DNA from: a virus
Taxonomy: Duplodnaviria; Heunggongvirae; Uroviricota; Caudoviricetes
Length of the DNA: 22,130 bases
Reading direction: 5' to 3' (one strand)
Virus record (IMG/VR): IMGVR_UViG_3300006147_000007
Shown in pieces: positions 7,497 through 16,077 of the stretch; within the stretch, counting starts at the first letter, position 1, and every line of letters starts with the position of its first letter. The translations under genes and the position numbers were made by a program. The notes beneath the pieces were generated by a model. It worked only from the letters and a program-made list of their open reading frames with translations. It ran no database searches and was not told the origin of the DNA.

Positions 7497-8205
7497 AACT
7501 TTCACCTACCTCAAATTCATAATATTTACCAAGATATTCATAAGAATCATTGGTTTTATATGGAACCTCTTGTATTGAAACATTTCTTTTAGGATTTGTA
7601 TTATTCCTCAAATTATTAATGATGTAATCACCATAACCAGCCCATGCAAAGGATTTACTGATAGAGATAGAAGAGTATGAAACTTTGATTACATAGTTTG
7701 CAATCAATTCTTCATCTATTTGTACTTCATCTAATATACGTTTTCTGTATTCTTCAACAACGACATCCATATTAAATTTGTAACTCTCATCATTTGATTT
7801 TTCTCTATGTAGGTTTATATGCATTCTAATTTCGTCAGCATACTGATTTACATATCTTCTACACACCTTCATTATTTTTTTGTTAGATAAGTCCAGATCA
7901 TTATTGATAATCAAGCATCTGGTATCAACCAAGTTATTTACATTATTATCCCAAATGATATTCTTCTTTTCCCACGTACAAATATAATCGCACAATTCAT
8001 TCATAGGAGAGGGAGAGTGATAAGCATTTAACTTTATTTTTTCCTCTTTATTCTCTATCTGCTTATTTTTTTCATTTAAAGTTTTGTATGTTTTAAGTTT
8101 TGAAGGATAGTTATAAAGTAAAAAATATGGTAGCTGCTTTAAGTGCTTTCTCAATCCACTGTTCATTTGCCAACGAAATCCCGTTTTAAGAAAATCAATT
8201 TCTTT
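7483..8205 (-). CDS. yonO: YonO-like RNA polymerase, exon 2 (240 aa)
   Basis: Open frame extends upstream of the track's Met to KEIDFLKTGFRWQM, starting right after the intron's terminal G and completing the FQG|KEID..KTG motif. Confidence 0.85.
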   Translation of the reverse strand, partial: KEIDFLKTGFRWQMNSGLRKHLKQLPYFLLYNYPSKLKTYKTLNEKNKQIENKEEKIKLNAYHSPSPMNELCDYICTWEKKNIIWDNNVNNLVDTRCLIINNDLDLSNKKIMKVCRRYVNQYADEIRMHINLHREKSNDESYKFNMDVVVEEYRKRILDEVQIDEELIANYVIKVSYSSISISKSFAWAGYGDYIINNLRNNTNPKRNVSIQEVPYKTNDSYEYLGKYYEFEVGESYIQM

Positions 8206-8365
8206 CCTTTATACCCTCGGTTTCCCGATATTTATTAGGGGAGTAGACCATATCTTCATCCTATTAGGATGTGCAGCACTTCCAAATAAGGAATTTCACC
8301 TTAAATGTACTTCCTTGCGGAATGGTCGTTGTACCTTTCTCTGTTAGAGACTTGGCACAGGATTG

Positions 8366-9157
8366 TCATATTGCCTTTAATTTTTTATCTTCTAAGAATT
8401 GATCCCAACCTTCAGGTCTTACATGTTTCCATCTTCGATCACTCATAATTCCAGAATAAATATATTTATATGGAATTTTGTATTTTTCTGAAATATCACT
8501 AACACTAATTCCATTAATCATATCAATTTTAACTTTTTCAATTATTTCTTCTGTATATTTTGCTGTTTTCTGCTTACTTCCTTGATTTGCTATTCTACAT
8601 TTTTCTCTATGCTCTTTTGAAATTGGTTTACCTTTTTTAGATTCACTTAAATGTTTTCTATGCTCTTCAGTTTTAACATAACCCTTATGAGACTCTGATA
8701 TAAGTTTTTTAGTCTCTTCGCTATGCCTTTTACCTAGCATATTTATTCTATTTTTCTCACCGATTTTCCTTTTTGATTCATCTGACAGTGGAACCATTTT
8801 ACACTTCTCTCCACCAGTTGTTAGATTAAAACCGTTTTCAAAAGTGTTAAATTCTTTAATATATTTTTGTTCTAACTTGTCTAATGTTTCTTTTGTTATA
8901 TTTTCTTTCTGTATTAACTCAAAACTTTCTATTGGATAAAATTTAAAATTTTCCTCACCATATTTATTCCAAGCATTTTGAAGATAAGTATTTGAATGAT
9001 GATTATTTTTTAAATTCCATTTATGAAATATCCATCTTCTATAAAAGTTTTCATATGTCTGTCCAATATACTTTGTTTTTGTCTTTGTACATTCAATACA
9101 ATATATACCATAGTGCTGACGTTGATATTTAATATCTGTAAAATTTATATCTTGCAT
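8366..9157 (-). CDS. intron-encoded GIY-YIG homing endonuclease with NUMOD3-like repeats
   Basis: YGIYCIEC...KYIGQT motif, ETLDKLEQKYI, repeats KRHSEETKKLISESHKG and EEHRKHLSESKKG. Start set to ATG 9157 after GAGGAGGA. Confidence 0.93.
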   Translation of the reverse strand: MQDINFTDIKYQRQHYGIYCIECTKTKTKYIGQTYENFYRRWIFHKWNLKNNHHSNTYLQNAWNKYGEENFKFYPIESFELIQKENITKETLDKLEQKYIKEFNTFENGFNLTTGGEKCKMVPLSDESKRKIGEKNRINMLGKRHSEETKKLISESHKGYVKTEEHRKHLSESKKGKPISKEHREKCRIANQGSKQKTAKYTEEIIEKVKIDMINGISVSDISEKYKIPYKYIYSGIMSDRRWKHVRPEGWDQFLEDKKLKAI

Positions 9158-9176
9158 TAAATTCCTCCTCATAATT

Positions 9177-9253
9177 ATTATACAATAGTTGGTATCAACT
9201 TGTCAACAACTAATTGATATCAACTTGACAACAACTTGTGATAATGCTAAAAT
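9177..9253. promoter_or_regulatory. back-to-back promoters with two 23-bp operator-like repeats inside the intron
   Basis: Minus: TTGACA (9206-9201), 18 nt, TATAAT (9182-9177). Plus: TTGACA (9225-9230), 17 nt, TAAAAT (9248-9253). Repeats GTTGGTATCAACTTGTCAACAAC (9188-9210) and ATTGATATCAACTTGACAACAAC (9213-9235), 20/23 identical. Confidence 0.85.
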
Positions 9254-9275
9254 CGTTATCAAGGAGGTGAGATAA

Positions 9276-9434
9276 ATGCCAGCAGGTAAAGTAGCACCAC
9301 ATAATACTCGTACTAATATAACAATTTCAAAAGAACTAAAAGCTAAACTAGAAGAGTTAGCAAAACAACAAAACAGAAGTTTTAATAATTTAGTTATTTC
9401 AATTCTTAAAGATTATGTTGATAACACTCATTAA
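9276..9434 (+). CDS. 52-aa ribbon-helix-helix (Arc/CopG-like) regulator, antisense within the intron
   Basis: RBS AAGGAGGTGA; MPAGKVAPHNTRTNITISKELKAKLEELAKQQNRSFNNLVISILKDYVDNTH*: beta-strand TNITIS, helix, RSFNNLV helix. Not in the ORF track. Confidence 0.88.
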   Translation: MPAGKVAPHNTRTNITISKELKAKLEELAKQQNRSFNNLVISILKDYVDNTH

Positions 9435-9451
9435 AATGGGTGTTATTTTTT
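9421..9451 (+). terminator. intrinsic terminator of RHH transcript
   Basis: ATAACACTCAT-TAAA-ATGGGTGTTAT 11-bp stem followed by a T-run. Confidence 0.75.
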
Positions 9452-9588
9452 GGCAACTTAGATTTTCCCTGTTAGCCAGATTATTAATTGTCATTTCCTA
9501 CAACTACTAAGCGTTAATCTGACACCATAGATTTCTATGTTCACTGCATTTGCTTATATACATTACTGTATATAGGGGCTAATATTTA

Positions 9589-11496
9589 ACCCTGAAAAAT
9601 TCTAAGCAACGACGAATAATTTGAATATAATTCTTTTATATCCTCATTAGTTGTATATCTGTTTTCGATGCTTGTTGCTACGTTTGTTATCTCACCGATC
9701 CGGTTATCCCTAGTCATAACTTCATACTCTATGATATTTTCTTTGGTGTATGGTTTTGATTGAGCTGTGACCTTATCCTCTACATCAAGAATAATATGTT
9801 TATCAATTTTAGAATCAATAACTATAGGTTCATCACACAATAAGAAAATGTCTCCATCGCAGTCGGCTCCACCCTGTTGTGGAAGAGATACATCATACAT
9901 ATTAAACATTACAACATCTTGGTCTTTGAAACAGTCAAACCATCTACTGATAATATCATTCTTGGTAATTTTAACTTTGTTTACCTCTGATGGATCTACC
10001 AATGGTGAACGAAGAGAAATAATATCACCACAATCAAAATTACCACTATATATTTCTCTTTCACCCAAGCAACCAACAGGTTCTTCGCCAACTGCATATT
10101 GTAAATATCCAATCATGTCACCGACACCAACATGATAAAAACCTGAGCAATAAATTTTTCCGACTTTTGCTTCGTCAATAGATTTCTTAAGTTTTCGATA
10201 TATAAACTGCTTTACAGCCGGATCTTTCAGCATGACATCATTGATTAAAGCAGCTTCAAGATATTTACTCTCTGGCTCGTATCCATCGGTATCCATGATA
10301 CCCATGAACTTATAAGTGTAAAACTTATCCCCTTTTATTATCTTTTCAAATAGAGCAGTAGTATATTTCGCTAAAGTTATAATTTTCCCATCATTATTAC
10401 TGTCAAGAATATCATAGTTACTTACAGATTTATTTTCATAAGCGTCAATGTATTTTTGATTCCATAGATCCAAACATTGTAAATATTGAAAATTCATTCT
10501 GGTATATTTGTTTAGGTATTTTACGTGATGACTATATTTACTGATCCCAAGTTTGAATTCATATTTCCTAACGGTATTCATATATTCAGTCCAAGCATTA
10601 TCACCGTACTTTTCTTTAAAAATTTTGTGTCCTTTAAACATAGAAATATTCCAAATACAATCAATCATGCTGATAGGGTGCTTTGTACCATAAATATCTG
10701 TAATGTATTCATATCCCCATTCTTTAAGTATCTGCCTAAATGGAACATAAACAGAATATCCCTTAATAAATGGTAAACGAACTTGAGTTCCAATTACATT
10801 ATAATCAAGTCCTAGTTGTGCACTGACATTTTCCATAAAACCATGTTCATGACAGCCGCATCCATCAAAAGGGGAAATTTTCAAATCCTTATATCCCTCT
10901 TCAATTTCTCTTGACTTATACTTTTTTGTTTTGCCAGTCTCTTTATCTACAAATTCCTTTTCTCTTTCAACAACATACTTGATTAGCTGATTTTGCAAAG
11001 TCTTTTCATATTCTCCAATAATTACAATATTTGGCATATAGTCTTTAATCAGAATACAGGAACTAAAAGGTAAACATCTTTGAGCTTCGTACTTTGAAAT
11101 TACACATTTGTCAATTTTAATATCCATTTGTGTAACTATATATAACTCATCAAAAATTGAATCACAAACAAAAGCAGTAATACCATCTTTGCCTTGTGAA
11201 GCAGATTTACCAAAACGCGAATAATGAATACCATTATATATGAAACCAACATCAAGTATATGTCTCAGATATTCTTCCTGTTTAGGATTTTTCTTTGCAA
11301 CCACCAGTAAAATTTCTTTGATATGTGATGAAAAATGTCCACGAAGTCTTTCAATCTGATCAAATAATGGGCAGTTCCCCTGAGCAATCAGAAATTCTTT
11401 TTCGATTTCTGTGGTTCTATCTATGTTTACGTTATAGCTTTGGCGGATAATTTCCTTAATTGGAAGTTTAACTAGCGTATACTGTGTATTATTGAT
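9589..11496 (-). CDS. yonO: YonO-like single-subunit (cellular RdRP-like, two-barrel) RNA polymerase, exon 1 (636 aa)
   Basis: Motifs SPFDG, TQVRLPFIKG, LRSP, catalytic GADCDGD. The frame is open to 11502, 66 codons upstream of the track's GTG. Start proposed at ATC 11496 after GGAGGTGA. Spliced product 876 aa. Confidence 0.88.
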
Positions 11497-11986
11497 TGCG
11501 AATCACCTCCAAAGCTTCGGTCTGCCACTCATTAATTTCGTCCTGAAATTCTAAAATACGATCATAATATTTTTCGTAACCTTTAAAATATATACATGGA
11601 CTTTTTAATTCTTGTTTGTTTCTTTCCATTTCACATGTAAAGAAATTGAAAATATCTGGTTGATATATACCATAATCTAAAATTTCACCCTCAAACAATT
11701 TTTCCATATAATATTCTTTTTTCTTGTCTTGGGACATCTTACAAGTATTCATAGTATCTGACATTAAACTTTTAATAAAAATATCCAATGACGCATCATA
11801 GCCATCTTTCATCTTTCCTCGTTTAATTTTATGTAAAGTTCCATCAAACTCTTCAAATACAGTTGTATGGCATTTTTTACAAATCAATGTAAAATAATTA
11901 ATAGTATCAACCAATACTAATTTCTTACCACATATGGGACACCTTTTTATTTTACATTGAATACTTGGTATACTAATTGTTCTCAT
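11489..11986 (-). CDS. hypothetical protein with N-terminal Zn ribbon
   Basis: CPICG...CKKC; RBS GGGAGG. Confidence 0.75.
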   Translation of the reverse strand: MRTISIPSIQCKIKRCPICGKKLVLVDTINYFTLICKKCHTTVFEEFDGTLHKIKRGKMKDGYDASLDIFIKSLMSDTMNTCKMSQDKKKEYYMEKLFEGEILDYGIYQPDIFNFFTCEMERNKQELKSPCIYFKGYEKYYDRILEFQDEINEWQTEALEVIRNQ

Positions 11987-12014
11987 AATTATCCTCCCTA
12001 TGAAATTTCTATTT

Positions 12015-12236
12015 TTAATTTTCCATCATAGTCTTCACTTCATATCCAAGCCATTCCAATAATTCCTTTATGTCAAGAAAGCAATCAGAATGTCTATATT
12101 CACCATCCTGATTATCAATGTAATTTTCTCCTTCATATATTCCATATCCACAGTAAGAGCAGTAGTTTCTTGCTGTAACAGGATACCAATTTGGACATTG
12201 TGAATGGCAAGGTGTCTGCTTACATATGCTACAAAT
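12015..12236 (-). CDS. 73-aa Cys-rich small phage protein
   Basis: (M)CSICKQTPCHSQCPNWYPVTARNYCSYCGYGIYEGENYIDNQDGEYRHSDCFLDIKELLEWLGYEVKTMMEN*. ATT start overlaps the upstream TAA, 7 nt after GGAGGTG. Not in the ORF track. Confidence 0.75.
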   Translation of the reverse strand: MCSICKQTPCHSQCPNWYPVTARNYCSYCGYGIYEGENYIDNQDGEYRHSDCFLDIKELLEWLGYEVKTMMEN

Positions 12237-12670
12237 TATGCAACACCTCCTATATCATATTTCTCTATTCTTTCATGCACATATCCATCATTTGTTGTAT
12301 AGTAGATATCCCTAATTCCTAAATCTTTAATAGCTGCCATACAGGAAGGACATGGACGCGATAGTCCATATGGTCGATCCTTCCTGATTCGATATATGTA
12401 CAGCTTTACTCTGGAGAAATTAATATCCAAGTGTTTGATGGAATTAATGCAACTGATCTCGGCGTGAAGTTTTGGCAACATCATATCTGATTGCTTGCGA
12501 TACTTGTTGTAAAACTTTTGTGTAGGATGAGTCTTATTACAATTGCATCCAATTCCAATAATGGTTCCTTGATATACAGCAACACATCCAATATGAGTCT
12601 TATAGTAATCAGATACCATAGCAGCTTGTCTCGCTTTATCAAAATATTTATAATCGTTTTTTGTTAGCAT
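12236..12670 (-). CDS. Zn-dependent cytidine/dCMP deaminase-fold protein
   Basis: HAE (LHAEISC) and PCxxC (RPCPSC) motifs. Confidence 0.88.
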   Translation of the reverse strand: MLTKNDYKYFDKARQAAMVSDYYKTHIGCVAVYQGTIIGIGCNCNKTHPTQKFYNKYRKQSDMMLPKLHAEISCINSIKHLDINFSRVKLYIYRIRKDRPYGLSRPCPSCMAAIKDLGIRDIYYTTNDGYVHERIEKYDIGGVA

Positions 12671-13013
12671 TTATCCTTTCTTCCTCGAATAGTTCGTTTC
12701 CTCTATCAAAACATTTGATTTCGTATTCATAATGTTCAATACAGTCATCAAAATAATTTTGTGATAATAAAGATGATACATATCGTAGTATTTCAGTTTT
12801 TATTGTTTTTCTGTCTCCTGGGAATGTTATATGTTCCTTGTTCAAAGTTTCAATTGTTGCATATTTCTCAATAGTATTTTCTTTAATATAAAATGTCATA
12901 TTATATCTTTGAGACCCATGATTGTACTTTGCATCTGCACGAACCCAATAACCATTTTCTAAATCAATATCTAATGTAAAATCACTTGTTTTTATGTATC
13001 GTAATCTTTTCAT
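12648..13013 (-). CDS. hypothetical protein (121 aa)
   Basis: Coupled ORF with RBS AAGGAG. Confidence 0.75.
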   Translation of the reverse strand: MKRLRYIKTSDFTLDIDLENGYWVRADAKYNHGSQRYNMTFYIKENTIEKYATIETLNKEHITFPGDRKTIKTEILRYVSSLLSQNYFDDCIEHYEYEIKCFDRGNELFEEERINANKKRL

Positions 13014-13213
13014 TGTTCTTCATTCTCCTTCATTCTTTTATTTCTAGCTTCTTCATTTTTTCTGCATTGTTCATCAAATTTCAAGTCGGATTCAATTCGT
13101 TTTGCAATATTACGGCTGCTATAGTGGGCTGTATCAAAATCTGACGGATAGATAATTCCTCCGAAATGAGAATTTGGGTTGTCATAATCATATCTTGTGT
13201 TTTCAGATGTCAT
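13010..13213 (-). CDS. hypothetical protein (67 aa)
   Basis: RBS AAGGAGA; 4-nt overlap with the next gene. Confidence 0.7.
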   Translation of the reverse strand: MTSENTRYDYDNPNSHFGGIIYPSDFDTAHYSSRNIAKRIESDLKFDEQCRKNEEARNKRMKENEEQ

Positions 13214-13261
13214 GTTCTAATATAATTTTCTCCTTTTCTTTCATTTTGTAGTTGACGCATT

Positions 13262-14032
13262 TTATAATATTTCTATTTGCTTTTGTATTTCATTTGAATA
13301 ATCATAATCAGTATCTACTTTCTGATTTCCATTTTTGTCTCTTATAAAATGTCTATAATCAGCAAATACCTTTGGCATAGTAATGAATCCATATTTCTTT
13401 TCTTCTTTTTTATATCTAATCCTTTTTCCTTCTCGGTGCTTAATAATATTCATTACATCTAATATTTCTACAATCCTTGATATATAACGTTCAGATAGTC
13501 CAATGTCCTCTGTGATTTTTTGATATAGCCGGTAGCAGCATAGTGGTTTATTAGGATTTCGATTCATATTTACACGCAGGTAGGATATGAGTAATAAGAT
13601 ATAAGCTGAAGACATTCTTGCTAAATCAATGTCTATACCTTTTAATTCTTCTTTGAAATTTAGAATTTTCTCTAATTCATCAAAATAGATAATTCCAAAA
13701 TTATCTGGTACATCAAATTTCTCTGTATTAATTTTGATATTGTAGTAATCAGTTGAGTTTTTCTTCTCTTTTGCTAATCTCTCAAAATCTGGACAAGATT
13801 CAAAATATCCATAGTGGGAGAGTAATTCTAATACTTCAAGATATTTGTGATTTATCTTTCCATCATGGTAATTTGGTTTCAGGTGTGACCAGTGGCACAG
13901 TTCTGAAATACTAAATGCCACTGTATCATCCAAGGCTCTGCGAGAACACAGGTAAGCAAATATGATTACACGCTTGTCACCAATGTCTTTGTTGTATATT
14001 ATTTCTCGTGGTATCTTTACATAGTTAGGCAA
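13262..14032 (-). CDS. hypothetical protein, probable tandem winged-helix DNA-binding protein
   Basis: N-terminal YVKIPREII...VIIFAYL and internal ITEDIGLSERYISRIVEIL HTH-like segments; TTG start after GGCAGGTGA. Confidence 0.65.
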   Translation of the reverse strand: MPNYVKIPREIIYNKDIGDKRVIIFAYLCSRRALDDTVAFSISELCHWSHLKPNYHDGKINHKYLEVLELLSHYGYFESCPDFERLAKEKKNSTDYYNIKINTEKFDVPDNFGIIYFDELEKILNFKEELKGIDIDLARMSSAYILLLISYLRVNMNRNPNKPLCCYRLYQKITEDIGLSERYISRIVEILDVMNIIKHREGKRIRYKKEEKKYGFITMPKVFADYRHFIRDKNGNQKVDTDYDYSNEIQKQIEIL

Positions 14033-14044
14033 ATGATCACCTGC

Positions 14045-14926
14045 CTATGCTACAAAAAGTTCACAAGCTATTTTTAGTAAAACATCTCCATCACCGACTT
14101 CCTGAACCAAATACATGATTCTACTTGGTTTATCATATTTATAATTTGGATGTTCCTGTAAAAACTTCTTTGTCCATAAATCGTATTTCTTTAACCAATC
14201 TTTGTGGTCAACTTCATAGCGTTTGTAAATCATTCCCCATTTTTTAGGATTATAATTTTTCCTTTCTCCTCTATCTACACCACAGATAAATCCAATTTCT
14301 TCTTGAAAGTTTTTAATTTCTACTTCAGATAAGTGCTGTTTTGATTCATTAAACTGTTTTTGCTTCCTAATATATCTGTCAATAGAATTTTGCAAATCCT
14401 GTGAATTATTAATAAGAAATTCTAAAACATCTTTAGAAAATGTAATTGCACCATCCGTCACATGAATATATTCCTTTATTTCAGAATTGGAATTACCAAA
14501 GTTATCTGAAATTTTATATGTATTACGGATACGATTGATTTTCAAGTCTAAAATGTCATTCTCATATAAGTAATACTTGAAACTTGTTTGATCTAAATAA
14601 TTAAATCCATCTAAAGAATTGCAAATTTCTTTATAAGTTAATGTGTCAGGTAATTCTGATTTTGCTTTTTGTGTTGCAAGATTCTCTTGTTCCTGCTGAT
14701 TTTTCCATGCTTTAAATTCAACCAAATCGGAATTCATGTGCTTTACAAAATCCCACACCTTATTGATTTCTTCACCAACTGAAGATTTTAGATCAGTAAA
14801 ATCCATCCCCAAAGCTATAACATCGCTTTTGTTTTTATCTGTTTTTTCAGAAAGCTCATTCTGTCTTTCATTTAATAAAGCAATTTCTGTATCATAGTTC
14901 TTTTCCTTAGTTCCAAATAATCCCAT
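14045..14926 (-). CDS. hypothetical protein with N-terminal coiled coil
   Basis: 293-aa ORF coupled to its neighbours; no recognised motif. Confidence 0.8.
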   Translation of the reverse strand: MGLFGTKEKNYDTEIALLNERQNELSEKTDKNKSDVIALGMDFTDLKSSVGEEINKVWDFVKHMNSDLVEFKAWKNQQEQENLATQKAKSELPDTLTYKEICNSLDGFNYLDQTSFKYYLYENDILDLKINRIRNTYKISDNFGNSNSEIKEYIHVTDGAITFSKDVLEFLINNSQDLQNSIDRYIRKQKQFNESKQHLSEVEIKNFQEEIGFICGVDRGERKNYNPKKWGMIYKRYEVDHKDWLKKYDLWTKKFLQEHPNYKYDKPSRIMYLVQEVGDGDVLLKIACELFVA

Positions 14927-16077
14927 TAAATTTCCTCCGTTTCGATATCAATAATATTTTCTCCATTACTTTCTTCTCCAATATAGGAAAGCATTGTTAA
15001 GTACCAGTCATTTAACATAGATAAGGTATTCAAAAAATTTTTCTTCAAAATTTCATTACTTTTTACAGCAAATATATAAGACTGATATTTTATTGGTGCA
15101 AGACGACTTTGTAGTAGTTTTGATAATTCATTATTCAGTTCAGTTATTTGTACAGTAGCTTGGAATGTGTTATAATCACCATCTGGTTCTAGTCCCATAT
15201 GTGTAAGTTTTTTCTTTACTTCCATATATTCATCAGACTGTGATTTATATTGAGCAGCAAGTTCATCGGATATCTTTTTCTGCGATTCTAATATCTTATT
15301 CTCTTTTTCAAGTTTTTCTTTCTCTATTTTTAAGGTAGATATTTTTTCTGCTGATGAATTAGAAAATTTTAAATCTTTGTTTTCTTTTTTTAACGATTTA
15401 ATTTCATCAATATATTTTTTGGCTTCTTTTTTTGTTATTTTCTTTGTAATATCCATTGATGATATTAATTCTCGTTGTTCATCGCTGGTTAAATTTTTTA
15501 TAATAGCAAGAGCCGTATCTTTAGTAACAATTCCTGTATCAACTAAATCTTCCAACTCAGGTATCATACTGGCCATTCTCATGTAATTATTCATAGTTTG
15601 CCTTGTAATATTGTATGAATCAGCCAATTCAATTTGGTTAGATGGAATATTAGGATTTGTAATTGTCAAAAGTTTTGCTTTTTGCTCATATTGGTTTGAT
15701 CCGTTTCCACCACGTTCAAATCCATAATATTTATTTAAAAAAATAAAACATCTACCAAGTTTGACTGGATTAGTATTACCCAAAACCCTTTGGCGAAGAT
15801 TAGATTCAATAAGATCCTTAATTTCTTTTTCTTCATTTTCATATTGAATCATTTTGTAAGACACCTCATTAATTCCAAGTACAATGCAAGCACGAATCCG
15901 TTGATGTCCACTAATAATTATTTTTCTATCATTAATAGTGATTGCATTCGTAACACCAGAAGTGCTGATTGATTGTAAGAGAGAATCCCAAGCATCCCCC
16001 TCCATATCGTCAAAATAATAATTGTTTTGTGGATGGGGTTTAAGTTCTGAAGTTTTAATTTTTCCTTCTAAATCCAT
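14926..16077 (-). CDS. ParB/Srx N-terminal domain protein with HTH and coiled coil
   Basis: LKPHPQN, SGHQRIRA (GxxRxxA-type motif), NLRQR, QIELADSYNITRQTMNNY HTH. Start at ATG 16077 after GGGAGG. Confidence 0.85.
   Translation of the reverse strand: MDLEGKIKTSELKPHPQNNYYFDDMEGDAWDSLLQSISTSGVTNAITINDRKIIISGHQRIRACIVLGINEVSYKMIQYENEEKEIKDLIESNLRQRVLGNTNPVKLGRCFIFLNKYYGFERGGNGSNQYEQKAKLLTITNPNIPSNQIELADSYNITRQTMNNYMRMASMIPELEDLVDTGIVTKDTALAIIKNLTSDEQRELISSMDITKKITKKEAKKYIDEIKSLKKENKDLKFSNSSAEKISTLKIEKEKLEKENKILESQKKISDELAAQYKSQSDEYMEVKKKLTHMGLEPDGDYNTFQATVQITELNNELSKLLQSRLAPIKYQSYIFAVKSNEILKKNFLNTLSMLNDWYLTMLSYIGEESNGENIIDIETEEI

Larger units (their letters stand above)
8206..9588 (-). mobile_element. 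group I intron (IA-like, with P7.1/P7.2), 1383 nt
   Basis: 5' exon ends in U (CAG GGU). P1 GGGU|UAA-AUA-UUA-GCCC has the U-G pair. P4 CAGGG/AAUCCUG; P6 GCCAAG; P7 GACCA/UGGUC; P8 CAUCCUA/UAGGAUG; J8/7 AAGAUA; terminal G at 8206. Splicing restores the reading frame. Confidence 0.92.

Noticed and set aside
9586-11304. Truncated or pseudogenised RNA polymerase (572 aa) plus a separate 227-aa gene at 7483..8166
   Set aside because: The stop is the first codon of a group I intron; splicing restores one frame.
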